From Eledone cirrhosa (taxonomy: Eukaryota), in assembly GCA_964016885.1 (NCBI GenBank), contig OZ024740.1, forward strand, positions 32,488,001 to 32,552,000: a stretch of DNA of 64,000 bases, in the 5' to 3' direction. The notes beneath the pieces were generated by a model, which ran no database searches, was not told the origin of the DNA, and saw only the letters and a program-made list of their open reading frames with translations. The translations under genes were made by a program, and so were the position numbers. Numbering within the stretch: the stretch's first letter is position 1; every line of letters starts with the position of its first letter. This document shows, piece after piece, positions 49,751-64,000 of this stretch.

Positions 49751-50459
49751 TTAGTACAGCCTTCCTCCATTTATTGTGTACCTTTGTAATCTCCTCTGCG
49801 AGGTTCAGTGTTTTGAGATCAACACTTATCTCTGATCAGGTTTTTCTCAGTCTTCCTCTGCACCAGCTTCCTTTCATTGGTATCACCTTTGAAAAACAAT
49901 ATCATTTTTCTCTTCCCTACAAACACGTCTTTTACTGCAACTTCTATCACTCATCTCTAGAATGTCTGGAATGTTCAGTATGATATTCTTCTCCTTCTTC
50001 TTCTCCCACATTCCTGTCCCACGGGGGCTGAGTCCTCAAGTACACCTTACAGCAGGTCCTGTCAGAAGCAACCGTCTCCAATTGATCTGGATGGATCCCC
50101 AAGTGGAACCATTCAAGCTCATGGATGTTATCCAACCATCTTGCATGGAGTCTACCCCTGGGTCTCCTGCCAGTTGGTTTTGTCCATAAAATCTGTCCAG
50201 TGATTCTTTCCTGAGACATTCTAACCACATGTCCATAATATCGGAGCTGTGATCTCTCAATTCAGAGAAGTAGTGGCTCTACCTGGAGCAACTCATCTCC
50301 AAGCTACGTACTCTATCAAGTAATGTTACTCCAAAGACCCACTATGATATTAAATCATCATCACACAATATACAGAGTGTGGGATCACACATTATTTTAA
50401 TTTCAATTGATATTTTAACATTTTAGAAAATAAAGTTCAGGAACTTTCAAACCACTTAC

Positions 50460-50572
50460 CTTTGATAATTTTGGCCTGTCATATGGAATACAGTCTTCTT
50501 TTGAAGCTAATATAATTTTACCAGTAAAACCATCTTGTCTTAGAGTTTCGGCACATGTCAAAGAGGCAGGAC
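50460..50572 (-). CDS. AIFM3: AIFM3-like exon
   Basis: GPASLTCAETLRQDGFTGKIILASKEDCIPYDRPKLSK; aag/gtaagt. Confidence 0.93.
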
Positions 50573-51895
50573 CTTGAACAAATATATATATAAATGTATA
50601 TACATGTACACACACATATGTATATACACACTCACACACACGCATATATATATATATGGGTCATGAGGACCCTTCAGTTGTGTCATGGACACAACAACCT
50701 CCTTAGTGTTGGTGATCTACAGAATAAATGCACCCAGTACACACTGTAAAGTGGTTGGTGATAGGAAGGGTATCCAACCATAGAAAGCTTGCCAGACAAA
50801 GGGTTGGGAGGACCCTCAGTTGTATCAAAGCCATGAAAACCTGTTGAGCACTCAATGGAACGTGAGACCGTACATAAGTGAAACACAGGTCCCTGACCTG
50901 CCTGATAGATTAGTGGCTCTGCTTCAGCACTTCCACGGGCCCCATCCACCGAGATTTCTCTGCACTTCTTTATACACCTGTCATCTTCCATACACATCAC
51001 ATGTCCATACCAACACAGTCTTCTCTTGCACACTACATTCAATTTCTCTTATGCTAAGTTTTTCCCTCAGCTTCATTATGCTACATTACACATCCCTACT
51101 TAATTCATTTCTTTCCAGCTTTTGTAGGTCTTCTGTAATTAAGGCCCCTGTCTTGTTGCCATGTAGCATTGCAGTTTTCATGCAGGTATCATACAATCTA
51201 CCCTTCACTTTAAGAGAGAAGCTCTTTGTTGTCAGCAGAGGAACCAACTCCCTAAACTTCTTCCAACCTGTTCTTATCCTAGCTATCACACTTACAGAGC
51301 ATCGTCCACCACTGCTGATTAGGTTACTTATGTAACAAAAACTCTAGGGAGCCTTCATGGCAATTGATGGAATTTATATTGCATGTGCTCTTAGTACTTA
51401 CCTCTTGTGCATCTACCACATATAAAATCTATCTTCTCCATTAATATGCATACAAATACACTGTGTATACTTATTGAGTTTCAGCCCACCATTTTTTGAT
51501 ATATTGAGCAAGGCCACTTCCCTGATGGTAAAAGCTTCCTGTCCTTCCTATCTGTTAAGAGTTTTGTCTTTGCCAAGTTTACTTTTAAACCTTTTAATTC
51601 TAGACTTTTCTTCCCTGTCTGGAATTTTACTTGTAACTCTCTCTCAGATTATTATCAGTTGAAAAATAATTATAATTATTTATTAATTTTCCTGGATAAA
51701 ATTTGCAAGGAAAAAAGATGGGATGAGATAGTCACAGCTGGAATGCCAGTTGAATAAAATAAAACTCAACTGGTGGAGAAGAATAAGAGATAGGAACAGA
51801 AGAAGATCAAGAAGGAATAACAAGAGCAGGATTGAAGACCAAAAGAACCAAAATGTGTATTTGCCGTTCTCTATAGAATGAGACGAGAGACTGAC

Positions 51896-52022
51896 CTCCA
51901 CCAATGAGGAGATGAACCTGCTTTGTTGAACTGGAATATTTCACCATTGGTTTCACTCTTCGGAATTGCTTCAGTTTTTCTTCAGGTACAGTCACTTTTA
52001 TAACACTGTCCTCAACTTTCAC
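51896..52022 (-). CDS. AIFM3: AIFM3-like exon (linker to FAD-binding GxG motif)
   Basis: VKVEDSVIKVTVPEEKLKQFRRVKPMVK..HLLIGGG; cag/gtcagt; phase consistent. Confidence 0.88.
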
Positions 52023-53166
52023 CTGAAATATAATAATAATATAGTCAATCCTTGATTAATTCAGCTTTCAATAGTATAATCCTCAAATTAAGATGGTCTA
52101 TAAACTGATATGAAATCTCAATAATTAATTTGCACCTGGATTTCTACCTGTTACTTTTGGACTGTGACCTTCCAACAATCTTGACCAGCCACGGATCACT
52201 CGGACTTCAGATTACAGGAGTTTTTTTAACAACTAGAACTTTTTTCAACACACTGACACGTGTGCGTGCATGTGTGTATGAGTATGTGTGTATGTGTGTG
52301 TGTATGTGCATACATTTATACGTATGAGTATATAAACACGCACAGACACACTTACAAAAATACACTCACAGACATACAAACACACATACAGATTGTGTGA
52401 TGGATGGAAGTTGCTCAAATTTATATATAAATAGATAGCAGAAAATAACTTAATAAACTAAAGTGTACAGTCTGTCACTCCCTCCCCCTTTTATTTTATT
52501 TGTTGTTTAATTTCTTTTTCTTCTTTTCCTAGTCTTTCTTTTTCATTTCCTTACTGCCATTTATATTGTATATTTATTAATCACATTTTCTCTTTAGTTT
52601 AATAAAATTTCATAAATATCCTGTGACTAAAACAACCAACCAGAGCAATTTGGCAGTGCTTTTGAATGGTGGTTTAACAGAATTTTATGTCACCATTTTT
52701 AGAAATTTATAGTAATACTTTTAGCAGCAAGTAACATCTAGAAGAATATGTAACAATAATGTATTTGTTTGTAATTGGAAAGGTATGGTTTGTTACATCA
52801 ATACATGTAAGTTGAATTGAGGTTCGGCCGTAAGTCTCAGTTTTGTTGCTGCTGTGAATATAACTCTGGAAAGAATCTTTCCATATCACATTTAAAGGCA
52901 ATGGCTTCCCCCAGTTGTTACTTTAAGGGCATAAAGAAAGCCTCTGTATTTTTAGAGATGCAGACATATGTGGAGCTTCCTCTTTGCTGCTCCTACTATT
53001 CACCACCACCACCACCACCACCACCACCACCACCACCACCACCACCACCAAATAATAATAATAATGAGTAGCAGCAACAACTGATTTATAGATACAAGCT
53101 CTACATATGAAATAATTTAAGTTAGTTTGTTAGTGATAGAAATTTTAACATTAAAGCAATACTTAC

Positions 53167-53276
53167 TTTAAATGTGTGCAGACTGTCTAAGCCTGGAAAG
53201 TCTTCAATATCCCCAGTTTTAACATTAAAGCAAGCACCATGAAAAGGACATCGAATCCTTCCATTGCAATAGGCAC
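53167..53276 (-). CDS. AIFM3: AIFM3-like exon, second half of Rieske 2Fe-2S domain
   Basis: GAYCNGRIRCPFHGACFNVKTGDIEDFPGLDSLHTFK; cag/gtaagt; first Rieske CxH exon not found in window. Confidence 0.92.
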
Positions 53277-53712
53277 CTGGAGAAACAGAAGAATACATGG
53301 CTGTAAGATGAGTAAGAAAATTACACAAATTAGGCAGATAAATTGCTAATTACCATACATATTCAATATGAGCTGAACCCCTATTTTACCATTTTTGGTT
53401 GCATATTCCTCAGCTTATATTTGAGTACATATATATATATATACAGTAATTAGACAGGGAAAACTTTCTACCTCATCAACTTCATCAGTTATCTATTGAG
53501 ATAAATAATGTGTTGTTTTTTGGTACTTCTTATATTTTTTAAAATAAACTGCACTTTTCAAAGCTTGCACTAAGAATGAGATCAAGGTGAATATGATACC
53601 TGCTTTTATAGCAAGTTTATGTTGGTGTTTATCTCCACCCCTTCAACTTTTATTGCATGCAATTGAAAAAAAAACATTATTTATGACCCAATATGTTAAC
53701 AAAGGAATCATT

Positions 53713-56700
53713 GACTGTTTAAAAACTGTGTAGGAGACAGGCTGTATAATAACTGTAGGAGACTGACTGTATAATAACTGTGTAAGAGACAGACTGTATA
53801 ATAACTGTGTAAGAGACAGACTGTATAATAACTGTGTAAGAGACAGACTGTATAATAACTGTGTAAGAGACAGACTGTATAATAACTGTGTAAGAGACAG
53901 GCTGTATAATAACTGTGTAAGAGACAGACTGTATAATAACTGTGTAAGAGACAGACTGTATAATAACTGTGTAAGAGACAGACTGTATAATAACTGTGTA
54001 AGAGACAGACTGTATAATAACTGTGTAAGAGAGAGACTGTATAATAACTGTGTAAGAGACAGACTGTATAATAACTGTGTAAGAGACATACTGTATAATA
54101 ACTGTAAGAGACAGGCTGTATAATAACTGTGTAAGAGACAGACTGTATAATAACTGTAGGAGACTGACTGTATAATAATTGTGTAGGAGACAGACTGTAT
54201 AATAACTGTGTAAGAGACTGACTGTATAATAACTGTGTAAGAGACAGGCTGTATAATAACTGTGTAAGAGACAGACTGTATAATAACTGTGTAAGAGAGA
54301 GACTGTATAATAACTGTGTAAGAGACTAACTGTATAATAACTGTGTAAGAGACAGACTGTATAATAACTGTGTAAGAGACAGACTGTATAATAACTGTGT
54401 AAGAGAGAGACTGTATAATAACTGTAGGAGACAGGCTGTATAATAACTGTGTAAGAGACTGACTGTATAATAACTGTGTAGGAGACAGACTGTATAATAA
54501 CTGTGTAGGAGACAGACTGTATAATAACTGTGTAGGAGACTGACTGTATAATAACTGTGTAAGAGACAGACTGTATAATAACTGTGTAAGAGACAGACTG
54601 TATAATAACTGTGTAAGAGACAGACCGTATAATAACTGTGTAAGAGACAGACTGTATAATAACTGTAGGAGACTGACTGTATAATAATTCTGTAGGAGAC
54701 TGACTGTATAATAACTGTGTAAGAGACAGACTGTATAATAACTGTGTAAGAGACAGACTGTATAATAACTGTGTAAGAGACAGACTGTATAATAACTGTG
54801 TAAGAGACAGGCTGTATAATAACTGTAAGAGACTGACTGTATAATAATTGTGTAGGAGACTGACTGTATAATAACTGTGTAAGAGACAGACTGTATAATA
54901 ACTGTGTAAGAGACAGACTGTATAATAACTGTGTAAGAGACAGACTGTTTAATAACTGTGTAAGAGAGGCTGTATAATAACTGTAGGAGACAGGCTGTAT
55001 AATAACTGTGTAAGAGACACACTGTATAATAACTGTGTAAGAGACAGGCTGTATAATAACCGTGTAAGAGAGAGACTGTATAATAACTGTGTAAGAGACA
55101 GACTGTATAATAACTGTGTAAGAGACAGACTGTATAATATCTGTGTAAGAGACTGACTGTATAATAACTGTGTAAGAGAGGTTGTATAATAACTGTAAGA
55201 GACAGGCTGTATAATAACCGTGTAAGAGAGAGACTGTATAATAACTGTGTAAGAGACAGGCTGTATAATAACTGTAGGAGACTGACTGTAAAATAATTGT
55301 GTAGGAGACTGACTGTATAATAACTGTGTAGGAGACAGACTGTATAATAACTGTGTAAGAGACAGACTCTATAATAACTGTGTAAGAGACTGACTGTATA
55401 ATAACTGTGTAAGAGACTGACTGTATAATAACTGTAGGAGACTGACTGTATAATAACTGTGTAGGGGACTGACTGTATAATAACTGTGTAAGAGACTGAC
55501 TGTATAATAACTGTGTAAGGGACTGACTGTATAATAACTGTGTAAGAGACTGACTGTATAATAACTGTAGGAGACTGACTGTATAATAACTGTGTAGGGG
55601 ACTGACTGTATAATAACTGTGTAAGAGACAGACTGTATAATAACTGTGTAAGAGACAGACTCTATAATAACTGTGTAAGAGACTGACTGTATAATAACTG
55701 TGTAAGAGACTGACTGTATAATAACTGTGTAAGAGACTGACTGTATAATAACTGTAGGAGACTGACTGTATAATAACTGTGTAGGGGACTGACTGTATAA
55801 TAACTGTGTAAGAGACAGACTGTATAATAACTGTGTAAGAGACAGACTCTATAATAACTGTGTAAGAGACAGACTGTATAATAACTGTGTAGGAGACAGA
55901 CTGTATAATAACTGTGTAAGAGACAGACTCTATAATAACTGTGTAAGAGACTGACTGTATAATAACTGTGTAAGAGACTGACTGTATAATAACTGTAGGA
56001 GACTGACTGTATAATAACTGTGTAGGGGACTGACTGTATAATAACTGTGTAAGAGACTGACTGTATAATAACTGTGTAAGGGACTGACTGTATAATAACT
56101 GTGTAAGAGACTGACTGTATAATAACTGTGTAAGAGACTGACTGTATAATAACTGTAGGAGACTGACTGTATAATAACTGTGTAGGGGACTGACTGTATA
56201 ATAACTGTGTAAGAGACTGACTGTATAATAACTGTGTAAGGGACTGACTGTATAATAACTGTGTAAGAGACTGACTGTATAATAACTGTGTAAGAGACTG
56301 ACTGTATAATAACTGTAGGAGACTGACTGTATAATAACTGTGTAGGGGACTGACTGTATAATAACTGTGTAAGAGACTGACTGTATAATAACTGTGTAAG
56401 GGACTGACTGTATAATAACTGTGTAAGAGACTGACTGTATAATAACTGTGGAGGGGACTGACTGTATAATAACTGTGTAGGAGACTAACTGTATAATAAC
56501 TGTGTAAGAGACTGACTGTATCATAACTGTGTAGGAGACTGACTGTATAATAACTGTGTAAGAGATTGACTGTATAATAACTGTGTAAGAGACTGACTGT
56601 ATAATAAGTATGTAAGAGACAGACTGTATAATAACTGTGTAGGAGACAGACTGTATAATAACTGTGTAAGAGATTGACTGTATAATAACTGTGTAAGAGA

Positions 56701-59700
56701 CAGACTGTATAATAACTGTGTAGGAGACTGACTGTATCATAACTGTGTAGGGGACTGACTGTATAATAACTGTGTAGGAGACTGACTGTATAATAACTGT
56801 GTAGGAGACTGACTGTATAATAACTGTGGAGGAGACTGACTGTATAATAACTGTGTAAGAGATTGACTGTATAATAACTGTGTAAGAGACTGACTGTATA
56901 ATAACTGTGTAAGAGACTGACTGTATAATAACTGTGTAGGAGACAGACTGTATAATAACTGTGTAAGAGACAGACCGTATAATATCTGTGTAAGAGACAG
57001 ACTGTATAATAACTGTGTAGGGGACTGACTGTATAATAACTGTGTAGGAGACTGATTGTATCATAACTGTGTAAGAGACTGACTGTATAATAACTGTGTA
57101 AGAGACAGACTATATAATAACTGTGTAAGAGACAGACTATATAATAACTGTGTAAGAGACAGACTGTTTAATAACTGTGTAAGAGACAGACTGTATAATA
57201 ACTGTGTAAGAGACAGACTGTATAATAACTGTGTAGGGGACTGACTGTATAATAACTGTGTAGGAGACTGATTGTATCATAACTGTGTAAGAGACAGACT
57301 GTATAATAACTGTGTAAGAGACAGACTATATAATAACTGTGTAAGAGACAGACTGTTTAATAACTGTGTAAGAGACAGACTGTATAATAACTGTGTAAGA
57401 GACAGACTGTTTAATAACTGTGTAAGAGACAGGCTGTATAATAACTGTAGGAGACAGGCTGTATAATAACTGTGTAAGAGACAGACTGTATAACAACTGT
57501 GTAAGAGACAGGCTGTATAATAACTGTGTAAGAGACAGACTGTATAATAACTGTGTAAGAGACAGGCTGTATAATAACTGTGTAAGAGACAGGCTGTATA
57601 ATAACTGTGTAAGAGACAGACTGTATAATAACTGTGTAAGAGACTGACTGTATAATAACTGTGTAAGAGACAGGCTGTATAATAACTGTAGGAGACAGGC
57701 TGTATAATAATTGTGTAGGAGACTGACTGTAAAATAACTGTGTAAGATACAGACTGTATAATAACTGTGTAAGAGACAGGCTGTATAATAACTGTAGGAG
57801 ACTGACTGTATAATAATTGTGTAGGAGACTGACTGTATAATAACTGTGTAAGAGACAGACTGTATAATAACTGTGTAGGAGACAGACTGTATAATAACTG
57901 TGTAGGAGACAGACTGTATAATAACTGTGTAAGAGACTGACTGTATAATAACTGTGTAGGAGACAGACTGTATAATAACTGTGTAGGGGACTGATTTTAT
58001 AATAACTGTGTAGGAGACAGACTGTATAATAACTGTGTAGGAGACTGACTGTATCATAACTGTGTAAGAGACAGACTGTATAATAACTGTGTAAGAGACT
58101 AACTGTATAATAACTGTGTAGGAGACAGACTGTATAATAACTGTGTAAGAGACTGACTGTATAATAACTGTAGGAGACAGACTGTATAATAACTGTAGGA
58201 GACAGACTGTATAATAACTGTAGGAGAGAGACTGTATTAGAACTGTAGGAGACAGACTGTATTAGAACTGTAGGAGACAGACTGTATAATAACTGTGTAG
58301 GAGACTGACTGTATCATAACTGTGTAGGAGACTGACTGTATAATAATTGTGTAAGAGACAGACTGTATAATAACTGTAGGAGACACTGTATAATAACTGT
58401 GTAGGGGACTGACTGTATAATAACTGTGTAGGAGACTGACTGTATAATAACTGTGTAGGGGACTGACTGTATAATAACTGTGTAGGAGACTGACTGTATA
58501 ATAACTGTGTAAGAGACTGACTGTATAATAACTGTGTAGGAGACAGACTGTATAATAACTGTGTAGGAGACTGACTGTATAATAACTGTGTAGGGGACTG
58601 ACTGTATCATAACTGTGTAGGAGACTGACTGTATAATAACTGTGTAAGAGACTGACTGTATAATAACTGTGTAGGAGACAGACTGTATAATAACTGTGTA
58701 AGAGACTGACTGTATAATAACTGTGCAGGAGACTGACTGTATAATAACTGTGTAGGAGACTGACTGTATAATAACTGTGGAGGAGACTGACTGTATAATA
58801 ACTGTGTAGGAGACAGACTGTATAATAACTGTGTAAGAGACTAACCGTATAATAACTGTGTAGGAGACTGACTGTAAAATAACTGCGTAGGAGACAGACT
58901 GTATAATAACTGTGTAGGAGACAGACTGTATAATAACTGTAGGACACAGACTGTATAATAACTGTGTAGGGGACTGACTGTATAATGACTGTGTAGGAGA
59001 CAGACTGTATAATAACTGTGTAAGAGACTGACTGTATAATAACTGTGTAGGAGACTGACTGTATCATAACTGTGTAAGAGATTGACTGTATAATAACTGT
59101 GTAAGAGATTGACTGTATAATAACTGCGTAAGAGACTGACTGTATAATAACTGTGTAAGAGACAGACTGTATAATAACTGTGTAGGAGACTGACTGTATC
59201 ATAACTGTGTAAGAGACTGACTGTATAATAACTGTGTAGGGGACAGACTGTATAATAACTGTGTAGGAGACTGACTGTATAATAACTGTAGGAGACAGAC
59301 TGTATAATAACTGTGTAGGAGACTGACTGTATCATAACTGTGTAAGAGACTGACTGTATAATAACTGTGTAGGAGACTGACTGTATCATAACTGTGTAAG
59401 AGACTGACTGTATAATAACTCTGTAGGGGACAGACTGTATAATAACTGTGTAGGAGACTGACTGTATAATAACTGTAGGAGACAGACTGTATAATAACTG
59501 TAGGAGACAGACTGTATAATAACTGTAGGAGACTGACTGTACCATAACTGTGTAGGAGACTGACTGTATAATAATTGTGTAAGAGACAGACTGTATAATA
59601 ACTGTAGGAGACACTGTATAACTGTGTAGGGGACTGACTGTATAATAACTGTGTAGGAGACTGACTGTATAATAACTGTGTAGGAGACTGACTGTATAAT

Positions 59701-62700
59701 AACTGTGTAGGAGACTGACTGTATAATAACTGTGTAGGAGACTGACTGTATAATAACTGTGTAGGGGACTGACTGTATAATAACTGTGTAGGAGACTGAC
59801 TGTATAATAACTGTGTAGGAGACTGACTGTATAATAACTGTGTAGGGGACTGACTGTATAATAACTGTGTAGGAGACTGACTGTATAATAACTGTGTAGG
59901 AGACTGACTGTATAATAACTGTGTAGGAGACTGACTGTATCATAACTGTGTAGGAGACTGACTGTATAATAACTGTGTAAGAGACTGACTGTATAAGAAC
60001 TGTGTAGGAGACAGACTGTATAATAACTGTGTAAGAGACTAACTGTATAATAACTGTGGAGGAGACTGACTGTATAATAACTGTGTAGGAGACAGACTAT
60101 AATAACTGTGTAAGAGACTAACCGTGTAATAACTGAGTAGGAGACTGACTGTAAAATAACTGCGTAGGAGACAGACTGTATAATAACTGTGTAGGAGACA
60201 GACTGTATAATAACTGTAGGACACAGACTGTATAATAACTGTGTAGGGGACTGACTGTATAATGACTGTGTAGGAGACAGACTGTATAATAACTGTGTAA
60301 GAGACTGACTGTATAATAACTGTGTAGGAGACTGACTGTATCATAACTGTGTAAGAGATTGACTGTATAATAACTGTGTAAGAGATTGACTGTATAATAA
60401 CTGCGTAAGAGACTGACTGTATAATAACTGTGTAAGAGACAGACTGTATAATAACAGTGTAGGAGACAGACTGTATAATAACTGTGTAGGAGACTGACTG
60501 TATCATAACTGTGTAGGAGATTGACTGTATAATAACTGTGTAAGAGATTGACTGTATAATAACTGGGTAAGAGACTGACTGTATAATAACTGTGTAAGAG
60601 ACAGACTGTATAATAACTGTGTAGGAGACTGACTGTATAATAACTGTGTAAGAGACAGACTGTATAATAACTGTGTAGGAGATAGACTGTTTAATAACTG
60701 TGTAAGAGACAGACTGTATAATAACTGTGTAAGAGACAGACTGTATAATAACTGTGTAGGGGACTGACTGTATAATAACTCTGTAGGGGACAGACTGTAT
60801 AATAACTGTGCAGGAGACTGACTGTATAATAACTGTAGGAGACTGACTGTATTAGAACTGTAGGAGACAGACTGTATTAGAACTGTAGGAGACAGACTGT
60901 ATTAGAACTGTAGGAGACAGACTGTATAATAACTGTGTAGGAGACTGACTGTATAATAACCGTGTAAGAGATTGACTGTATAATAACTGTGTAGGAGACA
61001 GACTGTATAATAACTGTGTAGGAGACAGACTGTATAATAACTGTGTAGGAGACTGACTGTATAATAACTGTGTAAGAGACAGACTGTATAATAACTGTGT
61101 AGGAGACAGACTGTATAATAACTGTGTAAGAGACTGACTGTATAATAACTGTGTAGGGGACTGACTGTATAATAACTCTGTAGGGGACAGACTGTATAAT
61201 AACTGTGCAGGAGACTGACTGTATAATAACTGTAGGAGACTGACTGTATAATAACTGTAGGAGACTGACTGTATAATAACTGTAGGAGACAGACTGTATA
61301 ATAACTGTAGGAGACAGACTGTATAATAACTGTAGGAGACAGACTGTATTAGAACTGTAGGAGACAGACTGTATAATAACTGTGTAGGAGACTGACTGTA
61401 TCATAACTGTGTAGGAGACTGACTGTATAATAATTGTGTAAGAGACAGACTGTATAATAACTGTAGGAGACTGACTGTATAATAACTGTGTAGGGGACTG
61501 ACTGTATAATAACTGTGTAGGAGACTGACTGTATTAGAACTGTGTAGGAGACTGACTGTATAATAACTGTGTAGGAGACTGACTGTATAATATCTGTGTA
61601 AGAGACTGACTGTATAATAACTGTGTAAGAGACTGACTGTATAATAATTGTGTAAGAGACAGACTGTATAATAACTGTAGGAGACTGACTGTATAATAAC
61701 TGTGTAGGAGACTGACTGTATAATAACTGTGTAGGAGACTGACTGTATAATAACTGTGTAGGAGACTGACTGTATAATAACTGTGTAGGAGACTGACTGT
61801 ATAATAACTGTGTAGGGGACTGACTGTATAATAACTGTGTAGGAGACTGACTGTATAATAACTGTGTAGGAGACTGACTGTATAATAACTGTGTAGGAGA
61901 CTGACTGTATAATAACTGTGTAGGAGACTGACTGTATAATAACTGTGTAGGAGACTGACTGTATAATAACTGTAGGAGACTGACTGTATAATAACTCTGT
62001 AGGGGACAGACTGTATAATAACTGTGTAGGAGACTGACTGTATAATAACTGTAGGAGACTGACTGTATAATAACTGTAGGAGACTGACTGTATAATAACT
62101 GTAGGAGACAGACTGTATAATAACTGTGTAAGAGACTAACCGTATAATAACTGTGTAGGAGACTGACTGTATAATAACTGTGTAGGAGACTGACTGTATA
62201 ATAACTGTGTAGGAGACTGACTGTATAATATCTGTGTAAGAGACTGACTGTATAATAACTGTGTAAGAGACTGACTGTATAATAACTGTGTAGGGGACTG
62301 ACTGTATAATAACTCTGTAGGGGACAGACTGTATAATAACTGTGTAGGAGACTGACTGTATAATAACTGTAGGAGACTGACTGTATAATAACTGTAGGAG
62401 ACTGACTGTATAATAACTGTAGGAGACAGACTGTATAATAACTGTGTAAGAGACTAACCGTATAATAACTGTGTAGGAGACTGACTGTATAATAACTGTG
62501 TAGGAGACTGACTGTATAATAACTGTAGGAGACTGACTGTATAATAACTGTAGGAGACAGACTGTATAATAACTGTAGGAGACAGACTGTATTAGAACTG
62601 TAGGAGACAGACTGTATAATAACTGTGTAAGAGACTAACCGTATAATAACTGTGTAGGAGACTGACTGTATAATAACTGTGTAGGGGACTGACTGTATAA

Positions 62701-64000
62701 TAATTGTGTAAGAGACAGACTGTATAATAACTGTAGGAGACTGACTGTATAATAACTGTGTAGGGGACTGACTGTATAATAACTGTGTAGGAGACTGACT
62801 GTATAATAACTGTGTAGGAGACTGACTGTATAATAACTGTGTAGGAGACTGACTGTATAATAACTGTGTAGGAGACTGACTGTATAATAACTGTGTAGGG
62901 GACTGACTGTATAATAACTGTGCAGGAGACTGACTGTATAATAACTGTGTAGGAGACTGACTGTATAATAACTGTGTAGGGGACTGACTGTATAATAACT
63001 GTGTAGGAGACTGACTGTATAATAACTGTGTAGGAGACTGACTGTATAATAACTGTGGAGGGGACTGACTGTATAATAACTGTGTAGGAGACTGACTGTA
63101 TAATAACTGTGTAGGGGACTGACTGTATAATAACTGTGTAGGAGACAGACTGTATAATAACTGTGTAGGGGACTGACTGTATAATAACTGTGTAGGAGAC
63201 TGATTGTATCATAACTGTGTAAGAGACAGACTGTATAATAACTGTGTAAGAGACAGACTGTATAATAACTGTGTAAGAGACAGACTGTTTAATAACTGTG
63301 TAAGAGACTGACTGTTTAATAACTGTGTAAGAGACAGACTGTTTAATAACTGTGTAAGAGACAGGCTGTATAATAACTGTAGGAGACAGGCTGTATAATA
63401 ACTGTGTAAGAGACAGACTGTATAATAACTGTGTAAGAGACAGGCTGTATAATAACTGTGTAAGAGACAGACTGTATAATAACTGTGTAAGAGACAGGCT
63501 GTATAATAACTGTGTAAGAGACAGGCTGTATAATAACTGTGTAAGAGACTGACTGTATAATAACTGTGTAAGAGACAGGCTGTATAATAACTGTAGGAGA
63601 CAGGCTGTATAATAATTGTGTAGGAGACTGACTGTAAAATAACTGTGTAAGATACAGACTGTATAATAACTGTGTAAGAGACAGGCTGTATAATAACTGT
63701 AGGAGACTGACTGTATAATAATTGTGTAGGAGACTGACTGTATAATAACTGTGTAAGAGACAGACTGTATAATAACTGTGTAGGAGACAGACTGTATAAT
63801 AACTGTGTAGGAGACAGACTGTATAATAACTGTGTAAGAGACTGACTGTATAATAACTGTGTAGGAGACAGACTGTATAATAACTGTGTAAGAGACTAAC
63901 TGTATAATAACTGTGTAGGAGACAGACTGTATAATAACTGTGTAAGAGACTGACTGTATAATAACTGTAGGAGACAGACTGTATAATAACTGTAGGAGAC
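53713..64000. repeat. 27/25-bp satellite array, >10.2 kb, runs off the window end
   Basis: ctgtataataactgtgtaagagacaga units with variants; probably inside an AIFM3 intron. Confidence 0.98.

Noticed and set aside
53240-53255. CPFHG instead of CPWHG in the Rieske motif
   Set aside because: Both metal ligands are intact, and an aromatic substitution here is unremarkable.
53643-63212. Long ORFs (up to 912 aa) of YTVIIQSVS/TQLLYSLSL repeats
   Set aside because: They arise from a stop-free 27-bp satellite, and frames switch at every 25-bp variant, so there is no sign of frame selection.

Overview
AT-rich, repeat-dense animal genomic DNA, most likely an octopus or other coleoid cephalopod (inferred from the SINE/LINE repertoire and long introns). 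It holds two convergent multi-exon genes. One is the 3' part of a TTLL4-like tubulin polyglutamylase (+ strand, exons 595-13577, possible last exon at 14285). The other is most of an AIFM3-like Rieske/FAD-NADH oxidoreductase (- strand, 13 phase-consistent exons from 53276 down to 18299, possible last exon near 17.1 kb; 5' exons lie beyond the window). Introns contain RTE-clade LINEs (CAT tails, PHD-like finger in ORF2), CR1/L2/Jockey-type LINEs (ATT tails), tRNA-derived SINEs, a deleted piggyBac with its MITEs, a mariner fragment, Tc2-like MITEs, two non-autonomous Helitrons, minisatellites and a >10 kb 27-bp satellite. Most notable signals: a G_GGA_AAC-stop slippery site at the ORF1/ORF2 junction of the longest LINE (candidate -1 ribosomal frameshift), the PHD finger in RTE ORF2, SINE stacks at one target site, and inverted LINE pairs bracketing AIFM3 exons. 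All calls were made by eye without database searches; repeat boundaries are approximate.
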